Shown one piece after another: positions 9,625 through 18,540 of a DNA stretch of 34,915 nucleotides. The first letter of the stretch is position 1. Each line of letters opens with the position of its first letter. The notes beneath the pieces are model-generated. The model was not told the origin of the DNA and made no database searches. It saw only the letters and a list, made by a program, of their open reading frames with translations. The stretch covers positions 1-34,915 of the forward strand of contig DATHAU010000368.1 in NCBI GenBank assembly GCA_035296545.1, given 5' to 3'. The stretch is from Microvirga sp. Lineage in GTDB: Bacteria > Pseudomonadota > Alphaproteobacteria > Rhizobiales > Beijerinckiaceae. The position numbers were made by a program, and so were the translations under genes.

Positions 9625-11154
9625 ATGAACGCGAACTTGTTTGACCGGCTCGAACGCTCGGTTGTCGAACCAAGGAGGACGGCCATCGTCACGTCCGCCG
9701 GCGAAGCGATCAGCTATGCCGACCTGATCGCTCTGTCGGGCCGATTGGCCAATGGACTCGCGGCTCGCGGCGTCAAGCCCGGCGACCGGGTTGCCGTCCA
9801 GGTGGAGAAATCTGTTCCTGCTCTCATGCTGTATCTCGCCACCGTCAGGGCAGGGGCAGTCTATCTTCCCCTCAACACCGCCTACACGCCCGTGGAGCTG
9901 GAATATTTCATCGGGGATGCCGAGCCGTCGCTGGTCGTGTGCGACCCCGGCAAACGCACTGGGATCGAGCATCTTGCCTCGAAGGTAGGGGCAGTGGTCG
10001 AAACCCTCGATGCGACGGGAAGGGGATCCCTCATCGACGCCGCAGCAGGCGCTCCGGAGCCCTTCCGGACGGTGCAGAGAGCGGGCGATGACTTGGCCGC
10101 GATCCTTTACACGTCGGGCACGACGGGCCGCTCGAAGGGAGCCATGTTGACCCATGACAATCTGGTCTCCAACGCATTGACCCTCAAGGATGCCTGGCGC
10201 TTCAGCGCCGATGACGTGCTGATCCATGCGCTGCCGATCTACCACACTCATGGGCTTTTCGTCGCCTGCAACGTGATCCTGTTCTCGGGAGCGTCGATGA
10301 TCTTCCTGCCGAAGTTCGATGCGGACGAGATTCTCCGCCTGATGCATCGGGCCACAGTTCTGATGGGAGTGCCCACCTTCTACGTTCGCCTGCTGCAGGA
10401 TCCTGGCCTCAACGCGGAGGCGACATCCGGGATGCGCCTGTTCGTGTCGGGCTCGGCGCCCCTGCTGGCGGAGACCCATCGCGGGTGGAGCGCTCGCACG
10501 GGGCATGCGATCCTGGAGCGGTACGGCATGACAGAGACCAACATGAACACCTCGAATCCGTATGATGGGGACAGGGTGCCGGGCTCTGTCGGCCTGCCCC
10601 TGCCGGGAGTGTCGGTGCGCGTCACCAATCCTGACACCGGGGAGGAACTGGCGCGCGACGAGATCGGCATGATCGAGGTGAAGGGGCCAAACGTCTTCAA
10701 GGGCTACTGGCGCATGCCGGAGAAGACGGCGTCGGAGTTCCGCCCGGACGGCTTCTTCATCACGGGCGACCTCGGAAAGATCGACGAACGCGGATACCTT
10801 CATATTCTCGGCCGCGGCAAGGATGTCGTGATCACGGGTGGTTTCAACGTCTATCCCAAGGAAGTCGAGGACGAGATCGACTCCATCCCCGGCGTGTTCG
10901 AGAGCGCCGTGATCGGCATCCCTCACAAAGACCTCGGGGAAGGCGTGACCGCAGCGATCGTCCGCACCAAGGACGCAACGCTGGACGAGGAGACGGTCCT
11001 GGCTGCACTGGCCGGACGGTTGGCGAAGTTCAAGCTGCCGAAGCGTCTCGTGTTCGTGGACGAACTGCCGCGCAACAGCATGGGCAAGGTGCAGAAGAAC
11101 GTCCTGCGTGAGAAGTTCTCGGATCTTTACGCTGTCTCGGCGGAACCATCCTAA
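9625..11154 (+). CDS. matB: Malonyl-CoA synthetase (malonate--CoA ligase)
   Basis: MNANLF start, YTSGTTGRSKGAML, HALPIYHTHGLF, SGSAPL, ERYGMTE, FITGDLG, PRNSMGKVQKN, all typical of MatB. GAGAG RBS-like sequence before ATG 9625. In frame with the upstream HU ORF (9238..11154). Confidence 0.88.
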   Translation: MNANLFDRLERSVVEPRRTAIVTSAGEAISYADLIALSGRLANGLAARGVKPGDRVAVQVEKSVPALMLYLATVRAGAVYLPLNTAYTPVELEYFIGDAEPSLVVCDPGKRTGIEHLASKVGAVVETLDATGRGSLIDAAAGAPEPFRTVQRAGDDLAAILYTSGTTGRSKGAMLTHDNLVSNALTLKDAWRFSADDVLIHALPIYHTHGLFVACNVILFSGASMIFLPKFDADEILRLMHRATVLMGVPTFYVRLLQDPGLNAEATSGMRLFVSGSAPLLAETHRGWSARTGHAILERYGMTETNMNTSNPYDGDRVPGSVGLPLPGVSVRVTNPDTGEELARDEIGMIEVKGPNVFKGYWRMPEKTASEFRPDGFFITGDLGKIDERGYLHILGRGKDVVITGGFNVYPKEVEDEIDSIPGVFESAVIGIPHKDLGEGVTAAIVRTKDATLDEETVLAALAGRLAKFKLPKRLVFVDELPRNSMGKVQKNVLREKFSDLYAVSAEPS

Positions 11155-11183
11155 ACGGCGAGGCGCCGATGAAAGCCCGATGG

Positions 11184-11205
11184 ATCGCCGGGAGCGACCG
11201 GCGAT
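11184..11205 (+). terminator. Stem-loop downstream of matB
   Basis: ATCGCCGG-GAGCGA-CCGGCGAT, followed by TCCTT. Confidence 0.5.
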
Positions 11206-11242
11206 TCCTTGCGGTATTCTGGTTTCCTGTGAGCCTGGAAAG

Positions 11243-11274
11243 TCGGGTGAGCCACCCTTGAGTCGCTCACCCGA
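11243..11274 (-). terminator. Stem-loop downstream of the cyclase-family gene
   Basis: TCGGGTGAGC-N12-GCTCACCCGA, 10-bp perfect stem just past the minus-strand stop at 11282, followed by CTTT on the minus strand. Confidence 0.55.
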
Positions 11275-11281
11275 TGCCGCC

Positions 11282-12238
11282 TTATTTGCTCTGGGCCTGA
11301 GGGCGCATCACACCCTTCTCGTCCCGGCGCAAGGGAGCCGTTTGCTTCGGCAGGGGAGCGCCAGGAGCCTCCGCGACCGTGACGCCGTGGGGCCAATCCG
11401 CCGGGGCGATGGCCACATAGCGGGCATACCCGCCCGTGCCGCCAAGGGGCTTGGCGAAGCCGATGGAGATCAGGGCGCCTGTCTCGGGAGTCTTGTCCAA
11501 GTTGGCGACGCCCTCCGCCTGGGTGAAGTGATTATGCAGAAGCCATGACTCGCCTTCGAGAGTGGGCGTCGTATCGGTATCGAGGGGTTCGTGGCCGTGG
11601 AACAGGATCTTGCGCTCAAGGTGCAGGAACTTGAGCGCGTCGAGGCTCACGCCCGGATGCGGCTTGGTGGCGAAGCGGGCGGGGTCATTCCAGCCTTTGT
11701 ACCAGTCCGACCGGACCATCACGACGGCTCCTTCCGGGATCCGGCCGTTCCGGCTTTCCCAGTCCCTGACGTCCTGCAGGCTCAGGTGATAGCCCGGATC
11801 GGCCACAACCTTTTCGTGGATGGGGATCACGACGAGAGGGCGGATTGCGTAGGTGGGCGGAAGGTCGCTGATCGTGGCTCCGTACTCGTCCCAATGCGCC
11901 GGCGGATCGAGCTGCGTCCCGTACTGGTCTGTGGGCAGCGCATAGCTGGTGGCGACGAAGCCATGCTTGTCATAGGTGTATTCTTCACCCTTCTTCACAT
12001 AGTTCGGAATGTCGGCCCCGGCGGCCGTCGCCTTGAATTCTGCCTGTCCGAAACCGGGCCAGACCGGTTGGACCGGTGCGAAGGCATGGGTGAGGTCGAT
12101 ATGCTTGGCGCCCTTGAGGCTCTGCTCGTAGACCGGCCACAGCCCTGTCTGCCTTTGTGGGGGCTGTTGCGCCAGGGCGGCCGATGAACCCAGAGCGCCT
12201 GCGAGGAGGGCGGCGGCCAGAGCGGACTTCGATATCAT
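11282..12238 (-). CDS. Cyclase family (kynurenine formamidase-like) metallo-hydrolase with Sec signal peptide
   Basis: Signal MISKSALAAALLAGALGSSAALA-Q, IDLTH, variant metal motif QYGTQLDPPAH, IPEGAVVMVRSDW, GHEPLDTD, EGVANL, GGTGGYAR. Confidence 0.85.
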   Translation of the reverse strand: MISKSALAAALLAGALGSSAALAQQPPQRQTGLWPVYEQSLKGAKHIDLTHAFAPVQPVWPGFGQAEFKATAAGADIPNYVKKGEEYTYDKHGFVATSYALPTDQYGTQLDPPAHWDEYGATISDLPPTYAIRPLVVIPIHEKVVADPGYHLSLQDVRDWESRNGRIPEGAVVMVRSDWYKGWNDPARFATKPHPGVSLDALKFLHLERKILFHGHEPLDTDTTPTLEGESWLLHNHFTQAEGVANLDKTPETGALISIGFAKPLGGTGGYARYVAIAPADWPHGVTVAEAPGAPLPKQTAPLRRDEKGVMRPQAQSK

Positions 12239-12469
12239 GAGGTATCTTTCCTTAGCTGAGACCCCACATCATTCCCCGTCGCACGGCGCAGTTCAACCGC
12301 CGGCCCACCGCATGCCCGCGTGATGGACCGAACCTCGTATTGATCGATTCGGCGTGGCGCGTGAAGCTTGGGTTGGGGCTCGCGGAGGTTGACACCGGCG
12401 GCTTGAGCATCTCTCATCCACCTTACGATTGAACATGCGTCGGGCGAGCAGACGTCCGAAAGAGGTGCC

Positions 12470-13684
12470 ATGCCGAGCTCCCGCGCCCCTGCTGCTGTGC
12501 GACGTCCCGAATTCGCCGCCTGGACTAGGCAGGGCAATGACATCACTCAGCAGTTCCTGTCCTTCGGCACTCGCCCGGGCCTGATTGCCCTCTCGGGCGG
12601 TCTTCCGGCGCCGGAACTTTATCCTGTGGCCGAGGTGCAGGAGGCTGCACGGCGCGCCCTCGAACGCCATGGGAGTGCAGTTCTCGGCTATGGCGCTGTC
12701 GAGGGTCTGCTCGAACTGCGCGAGGCCGTTGCAAGCAGGCTCTCGAGCGGGCGCCTGTCGCTCGGACCTGAAAACGTGCTGATCACCACGGGATCGCTTC
12801 AGGCCGTGGAACTCATCGGCAAGGCGTTGATCGATTCCGGGGATCTCATTCTCGCCGAGTACCCGACCTATCTCGGCGCCCTGGACGCTTGGCTTCCCCG
12901 CCAGCCTCGCTATGGCGAATTGCCCTACGAGGGGGCATGGCCCGAGGCGAAGTTCGCCTACGTGGTCGCAAACTTCTCCAATCCCACGGGAGCGGTGCTG
13001 ACGGAGGGCGCCCGCGAAGCCTTGCTTGCCCGGTCGGCAGAGAGCGGTGTCTGGCTGGTGGAGGACGACCCTTACGGGGAACTCCGTTACGAGGGTGAGG
13101 TCCAGCGCTCGATGCTGGAGATGAGCGCCGAACCGGGCTCGGCGGCCTATGACGGACTGGTGGTGCATCTCGGCACGCTCTCCAAGACGATTGCGCCGGG
13201 CCTGCGGGTGGGATGGGCCGTGGGCGCTCCCGACATGATCCGCGCTCTTGCGCGAGCCAAGCAGGGCTCGGACCTGAGCACGAGCACGTTCTGCCAGGGC
13301 GTCGCACTGGAGCTGATCCGAACCGATGCGGACCGTCGCCACGCTCCAGCGCTCGTGAAGGCTTATCGTGAAAGGCGCGACGCCCTCTGTGCGGCCGCCC
13401 GCGAACACCTCGCCGACCTGTTCGAATGGACCGTGCCCGAAGGCGGCATGTTCGTGTGGATGACGGCGCGCCAGCTGGAGATCGACACCAATGCTCTCCT
13501 GGCCTTTGCCCTGAAAGAGGGCGTCTCCTTCGTGCCGGGCAGCGTCTTCGATCCCGGCGGGAAGGTGAGCCCGAGCCTTCGATTGAACTTTACCGCCAAC
13601 CCTCCCGAAGTCTTGCAGGAAGGGGTTCGCCGCTTGAGTCGAGCGGTGCGCGACTTCCTTTCCCATCGCGCAGCCGCAGAGTAG
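12470..13684 (+). CDS. PLP-dependent aminotransferase class I/II (LysN/ARO8-like, no HTH)
   Basis: LSGGLP, ITTGSLQA, EYPTYLGA, NFSNPTG, EDDPY, GTLSKTIAPGLRVGW (PLP lysine), PEGGMFVW, LRLNF. GAGG RBS. Confidence 0.92.
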   Translation: MPSSRAPAAVRRPEFAAWTRQGNDITQQFLSFGTRPGLIALSGGLPAPELYPVAEVQEAARRALERHGSAVLGYGAVEGLLELREAVASRLSSGRLSLGPENVLITTGSLQAVELIGKALIDSGDLILAEYPTYLGALDAWLPRQPRYGELPYEGAWPEAKFAYVVANFSNPTGAVLTEGAREALLARSAESGVWLVEDDPYGELRYEGEVQRSMLEMSAEPGSAAYDGLVVHLGTLSKTIAPGLRVGWAVGAPDMIRALARAKQGSDLSTSTFCQGVALELIRTDADRRHAPALVKAYRERRDALCAAAREHLADLFEWTVPEGGMFVWMTARQLEIDTNALLAFALKEGVSFVPGSVFDPGGKVSPSLRLNFTANPPEVLQEGVRRLSRAVRDFLSHRAAAE

Positions 13685-13693
13685 GAGGGCGCC

Positions 13694-14359
13694 ATGCCAA
13701 CACGTTTGCACCGGCCCCAAGACGGACGCCTGCCCACATCCCTCGTTGACAGGTGGCGGAAGGTTCCAGCCGCCGTGGCTGCGGATCTTTTGCGCGGCAG
13801 GGGGCACGCCGATCCCGGCATCCGCCCCCTTCGTCCCTTCGGCTCCAAGACTTGGCTCGTCGGCCAAGCCGTTACGGCATGGTGTGAGGCCGCCGATTAC
13901 GGACCCGTGCACCATGCCATCGACATCGCCGAAGCCGGGGACGTGGTGGTCGTCGATGCGGGAGGACGGGGAGATGCGGCGATGATCGGCGAACTCCTGA
14001 GCGGAGCGGCGCGGCGCAAGGGGATCGCAGGCGTTATCGTCGATGGCGCCGTGCGCGATGCCGGCGTCCTCTCCGAGTGGCCGGACTTTGCCGTGTTCTC
14101 ACGCTGGATCACGCCGCGGGGGCCGTCCTCCATGGAGCGAGGCTCGGTCAACGAGCCGATCGTGTTCGGTGGCGTTCCCGTCTCGCCCTTCGATCTCATC
14201 ATCGGCGACGATGATGGCATCGTCATCGTCCCGCGCGACCGGGCGGAGGAACTGCTCCCGGCCGCTTTGGCGCGAGTCGAGGCGGAAGTGGAATGGGAGG
14301 CCGTTCTCGCCACGGGCAAGACGACCCTTGAAGTCTTCGATGTTCCCAAGGCCGAATAG
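13694..14359 (+). CDS. RraA family protein / HMG-CHA-aldolase-like
   Basis: GDVVVVDAGG...AMIGELL, GVIVDGAVRD, PFDLIIGDDDGIVIVP. AGGAGG RBS overlaps the upstream stop codon. Confidence 0.88.
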   Translation: MPTRLHRPQDGRLPTSLVDRWRKVPAAVAADLLRGRGHADPGIRPLRPFGSKTWLVGQAVTAWCEAADYGPVHHAIDIAEAGDVVVVDAGGRGDAAMIGELLSGAARRKGIAGVIVDGAVRDAGVLSEWPDFAVFSRWITPRGPSSMERGSVNEPIVFGGVPVSPFDLIIGDDDGIVIVPRDRAEELLPAALARVEAEVEWEAVLATGKTTLEVFDVPKAE

Positions 14360-14453
14360 AACTCAAAGCGGCTGGTTGCCGAAGCGGCTCGCAGGCTGCA
14401 TCACCCGCGTCGGGCTGCTGTCCCGAGAACCGTGACCGGACATTTGCCGCCTG

Positions 14454-14840
14454 CTACTCCCGGCCGTAGGAAATGAACTCGAGGAGAGACCCATCCGGGT
14501 CGCGGAAGTACACGCTTTGACCCTGTCCACGCGCGCCGGTTCGCTCCACGGGGCCGAGTTCCAGAGGGACGCTGTGCTGTTCGAGGTGGCGGATCGCGTC
14601 CGCGATCCGGCCGTGCCATTCGAAGCAGAGATCACTGCCGCCGGGCATCACGGGCAGCCGCGCCCGCGGCGTCCCGATCTGTTCAGGTCCGTGAGTGTTG
14701 AGCTGAACCGCTCCGAACCGGAACACTGCTCCCAGCCCGTAAGGCACGACTTCGGCTGAGAGTACATCCCGATAAAAAGCAATCGAGCGTTCCCAGTCGC
14801 TGACGTGAATGACGCAATGGTCGAAGGTGATCCCGGTCAC
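14454..14840 (-). CDS. VOC/glyoxalase family protein
   Basis: FDHCVIHVSDWERSIAFYRDVL, GGSDLCFE, GPVERTGARG..SVYFRDPDGSLLE. GTG start with GGAGG RBS. Confidence 0.88.
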   Translation of the reverse strand: MTGITFDHCVIHVSDWERSIAFYRDVLSAEVVPYGLGAVFRFGAVQLNTHGPEQIGTPRARLPVMPGGSDLCFEWHGRIADAIRHLEQHSVPLELGPVERTGARGQGQSVYFRDPDGSLLEFISYGRE

Positions 14841-14870
14841 TGAAAACCTCCTGCAAATCGCGTTTGAGTT

Positions 14871-16181
14871 CTAGCCTAGTCCAACAAGGTTGCACATCTG
14901 CCGCCGGAGTCGAACCGCCACCCGGTTTGAATCCAGGCTCACATCGTCTTCAGTCAGAGCTGTTCCCGCAGCAACATCGCGGGTGAGGCCAACGCCATGG
15001 GCCAGGCCGATGGGGAGCATGCGCTGGGCCTTGCTACGGGCCGCGGACACGAGGCGGCCATAAACTGTGTAGCCACCCTCACCGTCGAGGACCTCGCCGG
15101 CTTTGAGGTCTCGCTTTGCCACGGCCGACACGTCCCCGCGCCATTCACGGCTCGAGCCGGTCGGCTCGCCGCGAAGGGCGGCGCTCAGAACCGATATCGA
15201 CAGCTCCAGCCCGATCAGGTGGAAGGGCTTGTACATGGCCGCATAGCGGCCGGTGGAGTCGGTCGGAAGGCCATATTGCTTGAAGCAGGCCGCGGCGTAG
15301 TCGCTAGGGGCCTTGAGCACCACATAGACGCCCCAGCGCAGATCACGGAATACGGGTCGCCCGTCGCGCTCCAGCGAGGACACGACCTCCACCATCCCGT
15401 CATGATCGAGTTGCCCGCCCACAACTCGGGGGCGCAGGACGTGGGCAAGATCGTCGACGCCGCAGGGCGGAAAGCTCAATCCACCCTCCGGCACGTCAAG
15501 GCCGCAGGCGTTGGCGATGGCCGCCATTTCGATGGCGGACTTAGTCCCGTCCAGGAAGGAGTTGAACATTTGCGGGTTCATGCCCGCCGCTTTGGCCTGC
15601 TCGGGCGTGAGGCCGTAATGCTCCCAGACGCCATCGGGGGTGATGGCGTGGTAATGCGGAAGGTACTTGGTTCCCTTGCCTGCAGCCGCGACCATAAAGC
15701 CCGACGCGCGAGCCCAGTCGACCATTTCGGCAACCAGAGCCGGCTGGTCGCCGTAGGCCATGGAGTACACGGTGCCGCGCTCGCGGGCCTTTTCGGCCAG
15801 CAGTGGTCCCGCCAGCACATCGGCCTCTACATTGACCATCACGATGTGCTTGCCCGCGTTGATGGCAGCCAGAGCATGCCTGATCCCTGCTTCCGGATGG
15901 CCGGTGGCCTCAATGACCACCTCCACATCCTCATCGCTGCAAGCCTCAAGCGCATCCGCTGAGAAGCGGGTGCCGGCAATCCTGCCCTCGTCCCAACCAA
16001 CGTTCCGGCAGGCCTCCCGCGCCCGGTCCGTTTCAAGGTCGGCGATCATCGCGACCTCAAGGCCATCGATCGTCGGAACCTGGGCGAGGAACATGGAGCC
16101 GAATTTTCCGGCGCCGATCAGCGCAACGCGGACCGGATGGCCCCTCACGGCCCGCTGACGAAGCATTGTTGACAGGTTCAT
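14871..16181 (-). CDS. NAD(P)-dependent oxidoreductase, homoserine-dehydrogenase-like with C-terminal SAF domain (COG4091-like)
   Basis: Rossmann VALIGAGKFG, VIEATG, NVEADVLAGP, YGDQP, DGTKSAIEM; SAF domain AVAKRDLKAGEVLDGEGGY...LPIGLA...LTRDVAAG..LT..DV. Confidence 0.85.
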   Translation of the reverse strand: MNLSTMLRQRAVRGHPVRVALIGAGKFGSMFLAQVPTIDGLEVAMIADLETDRAREACRNVGWDEGRIAGTRFSADALEACSDEDVEVVIEATGHPEAGIRHALAAINAGKHIVMVNVEADVLAGPLLAEKARERGTVYSMAYGDQPALVAEMVDWARASGFMVAAAGKGTKYLPHYHAITPDGVWEHYGLTPEQAKAAGMNPQMFNSFLDGTKSAIEMAAIANACGLDVPEGGLSFPPCGVDDLAHVLRPRVVGGQLDHDGMVEVVSSLERDGRPVFRDLRWGVYVVLKAPSDYAAACFKQYGLPTDSTGRYAAMYKPFHLIGLELSISVLSAALRGEPTGSSREWRGDVSAVAKRDLKAGEVLDGEGGYTVYGRLVSAARSKAQRMLPIGLAHGVGLTRDVAAGTALTEDDVSLDSNRVAVRLRRQMCNLVGLG

Positions 16182-16460
16182 GGCTCTCTCGCGTCCTGTG
16201 ATGGATCATACCATGACGCGAAGCCGGATGAACTCCAATCCTGATAGCAGCAGCTGACGGGTTGCCCGGAGCAATGCCTCTGAAGGAAGCACGCAACTGC
16301 TAGGAGGGGCGGAGATGGAGAGGGTTCGGGACTGGAAGCGTTGGCGAGAGCGCGCTCGGCTCAAGGGCCGAGTTCCGTCTGCCGGGGCCCGACGCCTTCA
16401 TCCGGATACCGGCCGCGGAAGCATCCGGTATGCTTGACCTCCCACCTTCGTCCAGTCTCT

Positions 16461-17042
16461 CTACCGGAAGGCGACGACACGCCCTTCCGGGTTGATCTTG
16501 CAGGTCACACGCGCCTGCCTGACCTGCTTTCTGCCCTCGCGGACGTACTCGATGCGAGCGACAACCGGGAGATCCACTGAGCCCCCACGCGCACGTGTCT
16601 CCCGCCCGGCCTCTTTCACGTTCACCGCTACGGAACCGAGCGCCCGTGCGTTCAACGCAAGCGAGGCCTTGCAACGTTCAACGACACCTGATCCGACCCG
16701 AGGAGCCTGTGCCTGTGGCTGGGCCTTGCTGCGGGGAGCAGGGCGGAGCGGCGCCCGGGAAATGCGGCGGGTGGGTTGTCCCGCGACCCTGACCGCAGAT
16801 GGGCCCTCGGTCCAATAGACATCGTCATCGAGGTCGGCTGGATCCAAGGAGTACAGGGCGCCACCCTGCTGCTGTGCCGCCTGGGCCGACGCAGCCATTG
16901 CGGCAATCGCAAGGCCGCCCATCAGGCCCGGCAGGAAGCCCCTGCGCAAGCTTTGCGCTTCTGCCGGGGCTGCTGCGGTCAGGACGCCTGCGGCGACCGT
17001 TGCGGCAACCAAGCTTTTCTTCATCGCTGATCCAAGATCCAT
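16461..17042 (-). CDS. Secreted hypothetical protein
   Basis: Signal-like MKKSLVAATVAAGVLTAAAPAEA-Q, a second hydrophobic Gly/Ala segment, a Pro/Arg linker, and a C-terminal domain with two Cys (CKASL...RQARVTCKINPEGRVVAFR). Start at 17042 (AAGGA RBS) or 17024. Confidence 0.7.
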   Translation of the reverse strand: MDLGSAMKKSLVAATVAAGVLTAAAPAEAQSLRRGFLPGLMGGLAIAAMAASAQAAQQQGGALYSLDPADLDDDVYWTEGPSAVRVAGQPTRRISRAPLRPAPRSKAQPQAQAPRVGSGVVERCKASLALNARALGSVAVNVKEAGRETRARGGSVDLPVVARIEYVREGRKQVRQARVTCKINPEGRVVAFR

Positions 17043-17565
17043 CGGGCGCTTCCTTCATCCATGACGACACAACGAGCTTGGCTTCAGGGCGTGCTGACAC
17101 GCTGCGGACCATCGGCTCTATCGTAGATTTTTTTGCTTATCGTCGGTTGGAGAGGGCTATCCGGCGGCAACCCTGAGCGTGCCGGTTCTCATCCGTCTCC
17201 AGAATACGAGATGGTGAGAGTTCCGTGGGGCACAAGGCTGGACACGAAAAATGTCAGGACTTCAGGCTCGAAATATTCGGATTGAAGGATCTTCCCCACT
17301 CCGAAGCCGCAAAAGCGCAACCGCCTGGGTTCGGCTCCGCGTGTGCCCAAGGGGTCGCATGGGCGTCAAGCTTCGAGCCCTTGGGCTGGTGCTGCCGGCG
17401 TGCGGCCATTTCACCGCCCTCGCAGGCTCGGCGTACTACAGGGGCGGCTGAGGATTCGACGGCATCTTCAGATACATCCCTGACCGGATGAGCGCGAGAA
17501 ATCGGCTTCTTGTGCCAGGGTCCCCGTCATCAGGGTGAATTTTCGTAGACCTTTCCATGGGCGCA

Positions 17566-18540
17566 TCAGGATCCAGGGAACTCGACGAGAGGTTCATCAT
17601 AGATCGCCGTCAGAATCCTGCCGTCGCTTCTGACGACGCCGCGATACATGCCGGAGCAGTTGAAGGGCAGCGACACGTGGCCTGCATGGTCGACGGCGAT
17701 GACGCCCCCTGAGCCCCCGGCAGGAGCCAGCATGTCGATGACCACCGCCCGCGATGCCTCCTCCAGGGACTGGCCGGCATGGCGCATCCGGGAGGCGATC
17801 TCGTGAGCTGCCGCGTAACGGATGAAGATCTCCCCATGACCGGTTGCCGAAATGGCGCAGGTCTCGTTGTCGGCCCAGGTTCCGGCGCCGATGACAGGGC
17901 TGTCGCCAACCCGCCCGGGCGATTTCCCGGTCATGCCGCCTGTGGAGGTTGCTGCCGCAAGATGGCCGCTGCGGTCCCGCGCCACCGCTCCGACCGTGCC
18001 GTGCTTGCGCGACTCGTCCCGGTCTTCCTGGCCGCTCCGGCGCATGGCGAGCGTCTCCTGAAGGGCCTGCCAGCGCTGCTCGGTGTAGAAGTAGGAAGGC
18101 TCCTCGAAGGCCAAGCCCTGCCTGCGGCAGAAATCCACGGCGCTTTCGCCGATGAGAACCACGTGGCCGGAACTCTCCATCACGGCGCGTGCGGCCAGGA
18201 TCGGGTTGCGCGGGCCGCAGATGCCGGCGACGGCCCCGGCGGAGCGATCGCGCCCGTCCATGATCGCCGCGTCCATCTCCTGTTTGCCGGCAGAGGTGTA
18301 GACCGCGCCCCGCCCGGCGTTGAAAAGGGGCTCGTCCTCGAGGGCCGTGACGGCGGCGCAGACCGCATCGAGCGCGCTGCCGCCGTCGGCCAGAACGGCT
18401 CGTCCCGCGTCGAGGGAGCGGCGCAGGCCAATATGATAGGCCGCCTCCCGCTCCGGATTCATCTTGCTGCGCAGGATCGTGCCCGCGCCGCCATGGATGG
18501 CGAGAGCGAAGTCGTCGCCCCGGGTCGTGTTGCTGGTCAT
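17566..18540 (-). CDS. iaaA: Isoaspartyl peptidase/L-asparaginase (Ntn hydrolase)
   Basis: LAIHGGAG, FNAGRG, EMDAAIMDG, cleavage site HG|TVGAVA, ATSTGG, GRVGDSP, SATGHGE. Confidence 0.93.
   Translation of the reverse strand: MTSNTTRGDDFALAIHGGAGTILRSKMNPEREAAYHIGLRRSLDAGRAVLADGGSALDAVCAAVTALEDEPLFNAGRGAVYTSAGKQEMDAAIMDGRDRSAGAVAGICGPRNPILAARAVMESSGHVVLIGESAVDFCRRQGLAFEEPSYFYTEQRWQALQETLAMRRSGQEDRDESRKHGTVGAVARDRSGHLAAATSTGGMTGKSPGRVGDSPVIGAGTWADNETCAISATGHGEIFIRYAAAHEIASRMRHAGQSLEEASRAVVIDMLAPAGGSGGVIAVDHAGHVSLPFNCSGMYRGVVRSDGRILTAIYDEPLVEFPGS

Noticed and set aside
17043-17565. ~520-nt gap as possible sRNA, small ORF or IS remnant
   Set aside because: I found no terminal inverted repeats, transposase fragment, riboswitch consensus or convincing ORF. 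An Rfam search would be needed to exclude an sRNA.
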